Positions 1 through 13,715 of a stretch of DNA of 64,000 nt are shown in pieces. Each line of letters opens with the position of its first letter. Position 1 is the first letter of the stretch. Under the pieces are notes generated by a model. It was not told where the DNA came from. It ran no database searches and worked only from the letters and a program-made list of their open reading frames with translations. This stretch comes from the human T2T-CHM13v2.0 reference genome, Homo sapiens, in assembly GCF_009914755.1 (NCBI RefSeq), contig NC_060938.1; one strand, 5' to 3'. Both the position numbers and the translations under genes were made by a program.

Positions 1-1943
1 TTATCCTCTTGAAGAACTGCCAGACTGTTTTAAACTCTCATCAGCAGTGTATAAGGGTTTCAAATTTTCACATATTTTTAATCCATTCTTCAGTTGATAA
101 ACACTTAGGTTGTTTCTAAATCACAGCTATTATGAATAACTCTGCAATGAACATGAAATTGCAGATGTCTCTTTGACATACTGATTTTAAGTTCTTCAGA
201 CGTATATCCAGAAGAGGCATTGATGAATCATAATGTAAATATATTTATAATTTCTTGAGAAAGCTTCATACTATTTTCCAAGATGGTGGTAATAATTTCA
301 ATTCCGACCAACAGTGTACAACCGTTTTCTCCACATTCTAATCAATAGTTATCTTCCATCATTTTTTAATTATTTATTTATTTATTTACTGAGATGAAGT
401 CTTGCTCTGTCACCCAGGCTGGAGTGCAGTGGCGCAATCTTGCTCACTGCAACCTCTACCTCCCAGGTTCAAGCAATTCTTCTGCCTCACCCTCCCAAGT
501 AGCTGGAATTACAGGTGCATGCCACCACGCCCAACTAATTTTTTGTATTTTTAGTAGAGACGGGGATTCACCATGTTGGCCAGGCTGGTCTAAAACTCCT
601 GACCTCAGGCAATCCACCTGCCTTGGACTCCCAAAGTGCTGAGATTTCAGGTGTGAGCCACCGTGCCCCGCCACATCTTTTTTATAATAACCTCAGTAAC
701 ATCTGTGAGATAATATCTTCATGGTTTTGACATCTATTTCTCTGATAATTAGGAATGTTGATGTTTTTTATCAACATTTTTGATAAAAATCTGGCCTTTT
801 GTATGTCTGTTTTTAGAAAATGTCTATTCAACTCCTTTACTTATTTTTTAGTAAGCTTGTTTTCTCATTTCTGGGTTGAGTTCCTTACATATTATTGGTA
901 TGAACCCCTTACCTGAGATATGGTTTAAAGACATTCTCTTCCCATTTGTGGGTTGTCTCTTCAATCTATTACTGTTTCTTTTGCTGTGCAGAGAAGCTTC
1001 TTAGTTTTACGGCATCTCGTTCGTGTATTTTTGCTTTTGTTGCCTGTACTTTTTGGGGTCATCTGTAGAAAATCATAGCTGAGGCCACTGTCATATGGTT
1101 TTCTCCTGTCTTTGCTTGTAGCGGTTTTATGGTTTCAGGTTTATATTTAAGTCTTTCATGCATTGCTACTTGATGTTGGTATAAAGAGTGAAATAACAAT
1201 CCAATTTTATTCTTCTGTATGTGAATAGTCAGTTTTTCTCTACATTATTTATTGAAGAGAATTTTCTTTCCACATTGTGTATTCTTTGTCCTTTTATCAA
1301 AAATCAACGGACCACAGACACATGGATTTATTTACAGGTTCTACATTCCTTCACACTGGTCTAGGTGTCTGTTTTTATGCCAGTGCTATGCTGTTTTAAG
1401 TACTATAACTTTTTAATATTGTTTAAAATCAAGTAGCCTGATGCCTCTGGCTTTGTTCTTTTTGCTCAAGATTGCTTTGGTTTTTCAGAGTCTTTTGTGG
1501 TTCCACTCAGATTTTAGGACTAATTTTTCTATTTCTGTGAAGAATGGCATGGGATTTTGACAGTGATTGCATTAATCTGTAGATTGCTTTCGGTAGCATT
1601 GAAATTTTGACGATATTAATTTTTCAAATCCATAAATATGGGATGTTTTTCTACTTATGTCACTTTCAATTTCTTTCAACAATGCTATAAATTTTCAGTA
1701 TACAAATATTTCACATCCTTCATTAAAATTACTCCTTAGTCTTTTATTTACTTATATATGTTATGATGCTATTATCAAATGAATTACTTTATTCATTTGT
1801 TTTTCAGTTAACAGTTTGTCATTGGTGTATAGAAACAAGAATACTATTTGTATGTTAATTTTGTAACTCTCAACTTTCAATGCGTTTATCAGCTTTAACA
1901 CTTTTTTTCTTTTTTATGGAGTCTTTAAGATTATCTCTATATT
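1..1943 (-). mobile_element. Old L1 (L1M/L1PB-type) ORF2/3' fragment, interrupted by an Alu
   Basis: Antisense L1 ORF2 motifs, e.g. ttttgctgtgcagagaagcttcttagttt and gatgcctctggctttgttctttttgctcaagattgc. Confidence 0.85.
365..672 (-). mobile_element. Alu (AluS-like)
   Basis: cccaggctggagtgcagtggcg ... cccaaagtgctgagatttcaggtgtgagccacc, with (TTTA)n tail. Confidence 0.95.
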
Positions 1944-3170
1944 GGCTGGGCACGGTGGCTCATGCCTGTAATCCCGGCACTTTGGGAGGCCGAAGTGTGT
2001 GGATCACGAGATCAGGAGTTTGAGACTAGCCTGGCCAATATGGTGAAACCCTGTCTCTACTAAAAAAATACAAAAATTAGCCGGGCGTGGTGGCACGCAC
2101 CTGTAGTCCCAGCTACTTGGGAGACTGAGGCAGGAGCAGCACTTGAACCCGGAGGCGGAGGTTGCAGTGAGCTGAGATGGTGCCACTGCATTCCAGCCTC
2201 TTTCCTATTTGGATGCCTTTCCATTCTTTGCCTTGTATGATTACTCTGGCTACATGATTACATATAACGTTTTCAGCATTTGTAATTTGACATCACATCC
2301 ATCTGTTGTAATACACTGATTGTTACTTTTCAACTTGAAAACCTGGACATTTATCACTAATCTCCCTTTCTCTTCGTCTAGTTCTTATCCAAGAAAACAA
2401 CCTGTCAATATAAACCAAGTTAGATAATTATTTTTCTATAAAACCACTTCAAATGCATTTAAAATTTTTTAACCTAACAATTTTTAAACTTTGTATGTCA
2501 ATGATTTTCAACTGTGGTCTCTCAAAACAAATCCAATACTTTTAGTAGGAAAAATTACGTTAATTCCTACACTACCGTTGGGGCTACCCAAGAGTTGACC
2601 AAAGGTGATATTAATACATATGCTTATTTATTACCCTGTTCTCACGGTTCTAGTGTAAGTCTTGAAAATCAAGTAAATTTGGAAACATAGTTGCACAAAT
2701 CTTCTCATGAGTCACACAGTTAATCCAGAATATTATTTCTAAGTTATCATAAAGCCAACAAGCAAATATGATGTACTGTTTAAAAAGAATAATCATAATT
2801 TTATATTATACAAATGAAACATGTATTCAATACTGTTTACTGAATATCTCAAGTATACTTATTTACTTAGAAACAAAGGAATCAACGGATATCTGTTATA
2901 TAACGTTTAAATTACTAAAAATACTTTATATAGCATCGCTCCATAAATGCTAGTGTAAATGCTGACGAAAGTAAAAATGTCATTCCCTACATTTGCTAAA
3001 TATATTGTGACACATTATAAGTGTTTTTAAAACATATCACTAAGGGGCAAAAGAAGTAGGCAAAAATAATTGTAAGTATTTAATTATGGAAAAATTTAGA
3101 ACACAGCATAGTATTCATGTGATGGAAGGATTTTAAATGGAACCCAGAGATTAGCAGCAGCAGGAAGTTT
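1433..3170 (+). repeat. Copy 1 of a diverged direct duplication (copy 2 at ~22515-24041)
   Basis: Colinear matches, e.g. catataacgttttcagcatttg, ctgtggtctctcaaaacaaatccaatac, ttttaaatggaacccagagattagcagcagcaggaagttt in both copies. Confidence 0.92.
1944..2199 (+). mobile_element. Alu (AluS-like), lacking 3' end and poly-A
   Basis: Runs ggctgggcacggtggctc ... gcattccagcct, then jumps straight into L1 sequence. Confidence 0.95.
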
Positions 3171-4915
3171 CTATCATACTTAGGATTGGGAAAACAACAG
3201 AAGTTACTGGAACACAAAAGCAGGGTCATGTTATTAAAAACTGGGGCCATGGTGAGTGTCTGTGACCATTACCTAATATGTCACACTGAATAAAGACAGA
3301 TAGCACATGATCTGAGGCTTTTTTCTTCCACAGATGCCTTCCATTGGCCAGAATTAGCCAGTATTTAGAGTGCACTGAAGACTGGGAGGGTCTGTTCTCT
3401 GTAACAGAGTGAACAGAAGGAGAAGGTGAGATGCTCATTACCTTAGTGATGGCTTCAATCGTACCCCAAAACTCAGTATCACACAATAAACCTGCACATT
3501 TTTATTCAATCTAAAATAAAAGTTGAATTTAAAAAAAAATACAGAAAGCAGTTTAGACTTTACTAATCAGTAGTAAAGTCTTTAGAGCTGCTCTTCCAAA
3601 AGTAAGCCATTGCACTGAGAAAACTGACCATTTTATTCATCAGAAGAAAAATTCAATGAACCTTTACTCACTGACAATAGTGAGAATCAGAATGAATGAA
3701 TCAGAATGTCTGTCCTAACTACTCCCTCTGGTTCTACTTCAATTCCTGCTGCCTCCATATGGTTCATCAGTGTGTGGAAGATGAATGTGGTAAAACTGAA
3801 GTGGCTGCTTGTACTTGGAGAACAACAACAATGCACTGAAAATTCACTGCTTAGAAGCTGTTGAAAGAGTTTGGCAATAAATACAACCTAATATTCACAA
3901 TAAAGAGCAATGATCTATAAGCCCATTTTCACATCTATTGTAAAGGCCAACCATGTGTTTCAGCCAAAACAAACTGATTTTATTAATACAATGACCAGAC
4001 ATATATAAATAATAATATGAGTTTATTTTACCAGAGGAATTGGCTCTCACACTTGCATTCTATTGTAGGTTTTTACACTTATCCAATTCTAACAAGAGTT
4101 GGATAAACTCAGGGTTTTCCTAAAGTAACAATGACTATTCCTCACAAAAGAGTCACAAGCAAAGTCTACACCTGAAAATGTGTAGATTGCCTTCCATGTC
4201 CTGTGTGCATTAAGAAACGTTTTATTTTTACACCTGGTATACGGACAACATGGATGAATATGTTGGCTAATTAGAACAAGTTTATCAAGTTCTTTGAAAC
4301 CCTTGGTAGACAAAGTAATTCAAGGATTCAGCCCAGATTAGTAGTGTGAAAGCCTGCAACAAACCAAACTGTAGAAAAGTAATAATGTAAATACAAATGT
4401 GATTTCAATCTCCGCTTGGCGACTGACCTCCCTCAGACCACTAAACTCTGTGCATCAGATGCATTAACAATGAGACATTGGTCACTCACTGGGGAGGTGG
4501 GCATGGTGAAAACCTTTTTTTACCCATAGATCTGGGGGAACTGCTGAAAAGCCTGAAATGCATTCAGTTGATGCACCAGACATCAGTTACTGAAGAAGCA
4601 GAGGCGATGAACTTCCCTTAACGTTGACCTAAGTGGATAAACGCATGGCAACATGCTGAGTGACTTCAACAATGCAGACACACTCAATGTCAAAATGCCA
4701 CAGGGCTACCCGGTGCTGCAAGGCTGGGACTCGGTTTCCGTAAGACTGTCTTAAGGCAGTGGGATTTCTGATGGAACTGTGGACATAAGCATATGCCCCC
4801 ATACGCCACTCCCACTACTCACTGTAGGAACAGCAGTGTAACATTTGTCCCGGCTAATGATGACAAACAATCCCCAAGTCCCTATGCAAACCAAGTGCTG
4901 GGGCCACACAGTGGC
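2550..4915 (+). pseudogene. Highly decayed XIAP/IAP-like (BIR-UBA-RING) retrocopy relic
   Basis: Ordered patches resembling recalled XIAP cDNA: BIR2 (aacccagagattagcagcagcagga = PR-LAAAG, ~3141; aaaaactggggccatg = KNW, ~3236), UBA (gaaacccttggtagacaaagtaattcaaggattcag ~ NPMVQEAIRMGFS, ~4296), gacatcagttactgaagaagcagaggcg (~ EISTEEQLR, ~4579), RING tgtggacat (CGH, ~4778). No ORF; many indels. Confidence 0.55.
3425..3540 (+). mobile_element. Short L1 3'-end insert with poly-A inside the IAP-like relic
   Basis: aataaacctgcacat...aatctaaaataaaagttgaatttaaaaaaaaa; flanked by acagaagg/acagaaag. Confidence 0.6.
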
Positions 4916-4949
4916 CTGAGCAACATACCTATGGGTAGTAACTATTGAG

Positions 4950-7380
4950 AAGACATTTCCAAGGGATTGCCATTCCAACAGGCGTGGGGAATGCTCAACA
5001 TCACCAATCATCAGAGATGAGGTACCGGTGCCATCACACGCTGGTCAGAGTGGCCATTTGTCCTAAGTCAAAACATAACATGCTGGTGTGGCAGCAGAGA
5101 AAAGCAAACATGGCTATTCTCTTGGAGGTAATGCAAACTAGATCTCAAACTGTGGAAATCAGTCTGAAGATTTCTGGAAAAAAAAAAGGACAGAAAGCAG
5201 AGCTACGCTTTGACGCAGCAATCCCACCCGGTGCGTCTACCCCAGGGAAAAACACATGCATCTATCAAAAGGACACAGACACTCACATGTCCACGGGAGT
5301 GTTACTGACAGGAATAAAGATGTGGAACTGACCTAGATGCCCACCAACAGAAAATTGGATTTTTTAAAATGTGGTACCTATACATCACAGAATGCTGAAA
5401 AAACCACTAAGGAAAATCAAACACAGAAACAAAATCATGCCCTCAGTAGGAACATGGGTGGAACTGGAGGCCACTCTGCTAAGCAACTGAGGCAAGAACA
5501 GAAGACCAAACACTGCAGGTTCTCATTTATAAGTGGAAGCTCAACACCCAATGCACATCAACATCAATATGAAATCAACAGACGTTGGGTACTACCAGAC
5601 AGAAAAAGAAGGGAGACAGGGAGCCTTGGAGGAAGAAAGACCCAACTGGTGCTGTGTTCACTGCCTGGACGACAGGTACGTTAGGACCTCAAGCATCAAA
5701 ATTCTACTGTATAGCCATGTAGTGAAGTGAACCTGCAGGCGTACCCCTTGATCACAATAAAAGTAGCTATCATTTTAGAAAACCCAGCTTTGGAAATAAA
5801 AATAGAAAAAAGGAAGAAAACATACAAAACAAAACAAAAAGCCTACAGTGACCCAATCCATCCTCTTAGTGGCATGAACACAGAAAGATAACAGAATGGA
5901 CACAACGAAGGAGCCAAATAATCAACCCACAGTTATAAACACTGAACCCATGGGATTCTTGCTTTTACCCCAAAAGCACAACAATGGTTGAGGAAACTGT
6001 GGGGGGGGGTGGGGGTCACGTGTAAGGGACCGAACCCTTCCTTTACCCAAGACACAAAAAGTGACACAAAATCTACTGAACACCTAAATTCAATCCTGAA
6101 ACCAAAATCTCCAAGGGAAACGCATAGGGTGTATGTCTACTGTGGGGAAACTTGAACCTGTGAACCTAAGCTACAAGCAGAAAACGAAGACATAGGAACC
6201 AAATACCCATAGACCATACATAATGGCTTCACCATCTTGCTTTTCTCCTCAAAGGGACACAGAAATCACCACTAAGAAAAGCTAATGTGACCATGTGAAA
6301 CTAAGGACAACTTCAGAGCTTCACACAGCTTCAACACTGGAGAGAAAACAGTGAACCCAACAGAAAACATCCTACAGACTGGGAGAAAATTATGGAAAAC
6401 TGTGGATCTGGAAGGGCTTCTTATCTAACATATTCAAGAAACTAATGGTCCTAAGTGGACAAAAACCAATATACAATGCTTGTCACACCTAAGTGGACAA
6501 AAACCAATACTAAAAATGCCCAAAAGACTGGCATAGGCATTTCTGAAAAAACCTGAAACAGCCTCTCAGGTAACAGAAGTTTCTCCACATCAGAAGAGTT
6601 TCTCCCCAGAGAACGAGTATGACCAGAAACAGCAATAAAACTTTGGAAGATAAGGGCAGTGTAGATTTGCAGACAGAGGAACTATTACATACTACTGGTT
6701 TGAATGCAAATTTGTATACCCACTGGGAAACAGCTGGAGGTTTCTGAAACAATTAACAACACAACCACCAGTTCCTCTAGCCATCCCAACACTGGGTATA
6801 CCTGCAAAGCCAAGGAAACCTACCTTAAGGAGGTATCTCCCTTCCCATGTTTCATGAAGTACTCTGGACAATAACCAAGGTGGGGAATCAACCTACTTGT
6901 CTTTCTACAGATGATAAGATCAGGAATTGAAGGATATATGCACAACGGTATACTCTTCGGCCATCAAACTTCCGGACATCAGTTCACTACCAGCAAGATG
7001 GAGAAACCTGGAGGGCATTAAGTTAAAAAACATGAGCCAGGCAGAGGAAGACAAACACAAATACTGTGCAATCTCATGCACGTGGAATCTAACAAAGTGA
7101 ATCTCATACAGTAGCAATGTCAACAGTGGGTACCAGAGGCTCGGAGGAGGATTGGAAATGGCTACAAAGGGATGCTCAGATGAGGCACAGGTACTCTGGT
7201 GTTCTACAGCACAGCAGGGTGACTAGGCTTAACAATATCCTAGCATAATATTCAATATTGCTGGAAAGGATTTGGAATGCTCTCTCCATCAAGAAATCCT
7301 CACTGTAGCATGAAACAGATGCTAGGTCCTGTAGTTTCATTGATTCATGTAAAAAGGTCCATTGCACCCTTTAAATAAAA
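4950..7380 (+). mobile_element. Degenerate L1 3'-end modules (two successive units)
   Basis: L1 ORF2 C-terminal/3'UTR remnants (RFDAAIP..., gttctcatttataagtggaagct, atggagaaacctggagggcattaagtt). Confidence 0.7.
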
Positions 7381-7628
7381 ACATAGACCATGTCCTATTT
7401 TTGTTTTCCAAATAGGATCACAACACACTACTAAAAATCCCGTGGGACAATGAAATGCCCTGCATTCCCAAAGCAGTTTCTGCACATACAAAGTCAGTGG
7501 AGTGCCATCACACTCTTCCACTTTCAACTACTTCCCAAAGCTTTAGTTACCCAAGCGATTCGTGATAGGCATTAACAGAGAAACACAGGCCAACGAACAC
7601 AATGAGGGTGTCCAGCAGCAAACTCAAA

Positions 7629-8064
7629 TGAAGGTCTCAGTTAATTTAGAAAGTTTATTTTGCCAAGGTTGAGAACACACTTGTGACACAGCCTCAGGGT
7701 CATGATGACATGTGCCCAAGGTGGTCAGGGCACAGCTTGGTTTTATACATTTCAGAGAAACATGAGACATCAATCAATATATCTAAGAAGTATATTGCTT
7801 TGGTCTAGAAAGGTGTGACAAGTTGAAGCTAACTCAGAAGACTGGAAGGAGGGAGGGAGCTTCCAGGTCACAGATCACTGATACACAAATGGTTACATTC
7901 TTTTGAGTTTCTGATTAGTCTCCAAAGGAGGCAATCAGGTATGCATCTATCTCAGGGAGCAGAGGGGTGACTTTGAATAGAATGGGAGGCAGGTTGGCCC
8001 TAAGCAGATTCCAGCCTGAGTTTTCCTTAGTGATTTTAGGGGCCCAAGATATTTTCCTTTCACA
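7629..8064 (-). mobile_element. 3' LTR (MER4A-like), slightly truncated
   Basis: Minus strand starts tgtgaaaggaaaatatcttgggcccc; homologous to 13716-14177. Confidence 0.85.
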
Positions 8065-11000
8065 TTTCCCCCCTTTTCTTTTTAAAAAATCTTTTGGAAA
8101 AAGCATTTTACAAGAAAATGAGTCTCTGGTCTCGGGTTTCATCTCATCTCTCATGGCTAGGAGGGTTTATTCCTAGAGAGGTAGGTCCCAAAAGCTCATT
8201 TTTAGCAGGTTGTGATGTCTCACATCCTTTGAAGTTAAAATAGGGGGGAGGAAGTGAGAAAAAACAACAACAAACAAAAGAACAATCCTGGAAAAATCAA
8301 TGTAAGCCACATTACTCTGCAGTCCATGCCTCAGTAGGCAGGTATGAAAGTGGCTTAGGTATGTCAACAGGTTGCTGTTATTTTCTTCTGAAGTTTAATT
8401 TGTCTGGCTTCAGTTCACAGGGTTTTAAGAAAGCACAGCTTAGTTTTCAGTGACTCCAAGTTAGGAATAATTGAAAAAAAAATTGAAAACATTAAAGACT
8501 TGTAGCCAAGAAAAATTAGAATTTGGTCCCAACTGTAGAAAATAATAAAAATTGAAAAAAATATCAGGCAAGACTAGAATCTAAAAACAGGTCTACTGTG
8601 GTTTTGAAACATAATTTTTTCTCTCTCCAGTTTTCCATTTTTACTAAAGATAAATCATGTTAGAACTGATTTGCTTTATTATTCTTGGTCTAATTATTTG
8701 CATACAGTGCAACAACAATAATTATTTTTTACACAGGCTTTTAAATTGGCTTTGATGGAACTTTGTTCCATAGGAGGAATCTTAGATAAGACTTTCTTAA
8801 GCCAGGCCCAGCCATGGATTTGTGCCATCAAATACCTATGATTTCAGTGAATTTCCTCTCCTCTTGAGGTTCCAAGATAAACCTGGGGCTTCTGCACCTG
8901 TCAGAAAGTGACATTCTTTATTTACCACAGGTCAAAACCCTGTACAGGGACTGTGTACACAAAATATGAGGCCAGTTTTTCCACGGGCTTTATTGGCTTC
9001 TATAAGTCAAGTTTGATTCCTTAAAGGAAAGCACACCATTTCAGTCAAACCCTTGATAAAATAACCAACTTCTCCAACTGTGTCCTATTGCAAAATAAAA
9101 CAGATTCTTATTGCACTTATGCAAATAACTATATTGCCATAAATTAAGAATACCCCCAGTTTCCAAATTCTGGAGAAATTAGGTAGAGAAAAACAAATAT
9201 GCTCCAAATTTTGTTCACAGGAATATACTTTATTGTTAAAAGCTGCAACTAACAAAGTTTTCTTAACTCTGAAAAACTAAACAAAGTATCAGCAATGTTT
9301 TAAGCAAGAAGTCAAAAAGATTACTTCAATTTTCTGTTGGTTCAGTTATTTCTATTAACTCCTGTTCCGTTTCATAGTCAGGAACATTTCAGCTCTCCAT
9401 GAGAGAGTTCCGAAATTTTTTGCTTTATTCCAATGTAACAATTTCCAAAATTATCAGAAAACCTGAATTTAAGTGCACCTGTTAAGAGTCCTACAGCTGA
9501 TTATAAACCCACCTTATAAAGAGGGTTTAAAACAAGACAAAACAAGACAAAACAAGATAACCGTCTGTGGATGAAAAAAAAGTAAAGGCAGCCATAGTTA
9601 AAAGATACAATTGACAAGTGAATGTGTTACCTCCGTGGCACACGATAATTTTAACATAGCAATTATGATTATTACGAATAATGTACACTAAGTTATATCA
9701 GAATTACAGGAGTTTCCCATCATTTTGGAACACATACCAATAACATATTTATACAAATGGATATGAAAGAAAGCCAAACACCATTTCTTATCTGACAGTA
9801 CTTTCCTGTATAAATTTTATACCAGATAAGCCAAATTATGTCATTTTTAGACTTTAGAGAAACTAATGTTCTATTTAGGATGGAAAAAGACATAATATAT
9901 AATTTGATTTTGGAAAGTTTGTCAAATATAAAATGTTTAAAACACTTGATATTAAAAAATAGGATTACAGGTCATTGTAAAGTCATTTATTTAACCAAAG
10001 TGATAATTCAAGGATTTTTTAAAAGTGAAAACCTTCATCCTTTGAGACAGGAGACTTAATTTTTTAAACAAGAAGCCCTAATAAAAACAGCATGAAGCCA
10101 ATTACATTTGTTTTTAAAAATTTTCTAAATCTATAAAATGTAATCTTGATTATAAAATATAACTTCCATAAGCCTTTTATAACCTGTACTAAGGAGTTGG
10201 TAAATGCTTCAAGAAAACCTTGTTAATCTGACACAGGGGTCCATATACTGGTTTTGCATCATTGTGATTTTGACATTAATAATTAATGTATAGAGAAACT
10301 GAACCAACTTTATCTTTCAAAATCGGCCCTTACAATCTTATGCTCCCACCTCTTTCACAATAGTCTCTTGGTCTTGAGGAGTTCAATAGCTTTCATTTCC
10401 TGCCCTGTGTCTCAGGAATGCAGCAGTTTATTTAAATTGGCATCTTCTACTGGTCCTGAAGATGAGGCTTTAATTGCTGTGGGTATTTAAGATTTAGCAG
10501 GAATTGGTTTTCGTTTTTAGACATAGGAGTTAAAAAGCCCTGTAACTCAATGTTGCAAGGATTTTGAAAGCATATACAGGAAGATACATGGATGTAATAA
10601 CTTCAATTTTAAAAAATCTCAGTTTTTTTCCTAAGTAAACCAAAACTTAATGTGACAACTTTATTATATAAAAGTTTTTGGATTTTTTAAATATATAAAT
10701 CCTTATTGTAACTTACATTGTTCATGACATGGTCAGACTTTCTGATTTGTTCTGAACATCCTTTCTTTTTAAACAACCAGTTATTTTATTTTAGGACTAA
10801 ACTTACTACACAGGATTCTTTCTTATATAATAGTATTTCTCTTTAAACTCTTTTTTACCTCAAAAACTACCTCTTTACAACTTTCTTTACATTTTTTTAT
10901 TTCCTGGTTCCTTTTACTTTGTTTTATATATAACTTTAAATAAGCTTTGAATTAGACAAAACATGTTCTTTTTTTTTTTTTTTTAGAAAAAAAGACACTT

Positions 11001-11881
11001 TTTTGGCAAGAATGTTTTCCTACAATATATGTGTATTGGAAAATACCCAAATAATGAAATATCTATTATTTAACTTAACTTTATATTCTAAATTATGACC
11101 AGTTTGTCTACAAGTATTTATCCCATTACAATTACCTAATTATTTTAATTGTTTATCTAGATTATTTATGAAATCTGTGATAGTCATGATTTAAAGTTAT
11201 GAAGCCGCCATTGCAAAATTATAACTGAGACAGTGAAAAAAAGATTTGACCTAACTGGCTCCATCTTGCTCATAACCTCCAAGCTGTCCTTGTTCATTCC
11301 TGGGCATAGGCTGAACTAACGCTGAGAGGAACCTGGTTTATAGTTTAGATTTGAAACAAAGGCAGTAACAGTCCTTACCTTATTGTCTGTGGACTAGACT
11401 GCCAAATGCCGCAGGATTAGAAGTGCTAGTAATCTTACTAAATTCAACATGCAGCTGTTTTTATTAAACCCCATATCAATGTCTTACTTATTAAAAATTA
11501 CACAAGTAAAGATCATTCCGTTTTGGGCTGGGTTTATACTTTTGAAACCCCAATGCCAAATTTTGACACCTTATAGTATTTGGCAGGAATATGTATGAAA
11601 TTGGTTGATACTAAATGTAAACAAAAATGTATGCTGCCAATTTTTAAGACATTTCTAATATTTTTTTACCAATAATTTTAAAGATAGCTTATTTATTAAA
11701 GATTTTGCTTAAGTTACATAAAGTTGAAAAAGCATTTCACAAGTCTTTCTTAGTATTTAACTTAAGTGGTTTTATTTTTCTTTAAGCCGATTAGAGCTTT
11801 TATATATTTTTAGTAGTCCAACATTCTGTACACAATACATAAATACATCTAAAAATCTATCAGGCATATCTATGGAAGTAC

Positions 11882-12587
11882 TGAAACCACTTTTGCAAAA
11901 CTGCAACTAAGGAAATTATGACAGTGAAAGAAATCAGACCCAACCGACTCTATCTTGCTTCTAACCCTTAAGCTGTCCTTGTTCATTCCTTGGTGTAAGC
12001 TCAACTAACTTTGGGAAGGAATTTAGTTCACGGTTTGACTCTGAAAGCAAATTGATAACAACCCTTTCCTGAAAAGAACCCCTTCTTGCCTGGGGAGCAG
12101 TCTACCTTTGCAGGACTAACATATTAGCTACAAGATTAGAATGTACAGTTTAGGGGTCATGCAGTCTCTGGCTCCGAAAGTCTGAACCTCCCCAAACTGC
12201 TCCTGCAGGTAACATCACATCACTACTGTAAAACCTAAGATCAGGGCTTGATACGTGTTGCAGACCCTGCCCAGGCCAGTAATCTGGCCCAACCAGTTGT
12301 GCCGTCATACCCATGAATAGAAGACAGAAAGATAACCTAACTTCAACCCCCTATGATTCCATCTCCAACCTGACTAATCAGCACTCCCCACTTCCCAAGC
12401 CCCTACCCACCAAATATCTTTAAAAACTCTGATCCCCGAATGCTCGGGGAGACCGATTTGAGTAAAAACTTTGGTCTGCCATGCAGCCGGCTCTGCGTGA
12501 ATTACTCCTTCTCCACTGCACTTCCTCTATCTTGATAAATCGGTTCTGTCTAGGCAGCGGGCAAGGTGAACGCATTGAGCTGTCACG
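11882..12587 (+). mobile_element. Solo LTR8-like element nested in the provirus
   Basis: tgaaaccacttttgcaaaa...aaggtgaacgcattgagctgtcacg; 4-bp TSD gtac (11878-11881 and 12588-12591). Confidence 0.8.
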
Positions 12588-13715
12588 GTACATCTTATAG
12601 ATTGAAGACCTCCCCCTTTTTTTCTCTCTCAGACTTTCAGATTCTTGGTAACTTGTTTCACAACCCTAGGCAGCTGTCAACTAAACAGCCTTAAATTTGA
12701 ACGTTAAGGGAAACAATTCAGGTGAAAATCAAATAGCAAAATTTACTACATAAAGCACACAAGGAAAGAGTCTGGTGGTGCTAGAGGGAGACACTAATAT
12801 TTTCTTCGAGCCAAATTAAACATAAAATTAAACTACAGTCTTCCTTAAAAACCCAAGAGTAGCCTCTGTTGCAATAACTACTTTAGTCAAGAAAAATCAA
12901 GTGAAAACAGAATTCGGTCAACTGAGAAAAAAAAGACAAAAAAAACATAAACACATTTGCTCAACAACAACAAAAAGACAAGGTCTTAGGAGAGTAAAAC
13001 AAACAAAAAAACCAGAAACATGAAGGCCTTTCAAATACAAACATGCGCACACATGCACACACATCTGGATGTTACCCTTTTAATTAAGCTGACTTTTACA
13101 CAATTGTGCTCCTTTAAACAAAACTCTTTTAATCTTATTACCATATTTCAGCGAGGACAAAATGCTGCTAAACTAACAATGGTCACACAAATTATATGAT
13201 TTCTGAGCACTCTGACGTGTAAGCAGAAATTAACACCGGCTGGTTGTTAAATGTTAACTTTATTCGTTAAAAGGAATTTGCAAGACAGAATCCAAAACTA
13301 GTTTCTTACCTAGTGATGGATCTCAGGCTGCAAACTACTCTCTACTATCCTAGAAGCAGGAAAAACACGCAAACAAACAAACACACAAAACAAATTTGCC
13401 TAATAGAAGAAGTGAGCTCAAACTCTATAAAGTAGTTACCTGCCTTCCAACATCATGGAGGTGTGAAAACTTGTCTTGTTGGACGCAAGTAAAACTCCAA
13501 AAAAAAAAAAAGAGGAGTTGTACAGCAAAATAAACTTTAGATCTTGACCAAAGTTTTGGAGATGAAGGATTCTTTGGAGGGGGTGCTCTCAGATCTCAGC
13601 AAATTGTCCTATTGGTTTGGGTCATAAAGTGAGCTCACACTGGTCCCAAGCACTGACAGGAGATTTGCCAAAGGTCAGGGGCATCTCCACTCAGAATCCC
13701 TCGTGGTTACCAAAA

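Noticed and set aside
4150-4270. CVDCLPCP motif suggesting a class C GPCR (V2R) cysteine-rich domain
   Set aside because: It is an isolated motif with no 7TM remnants; the surrounding patches fit an IAP-like relic better.
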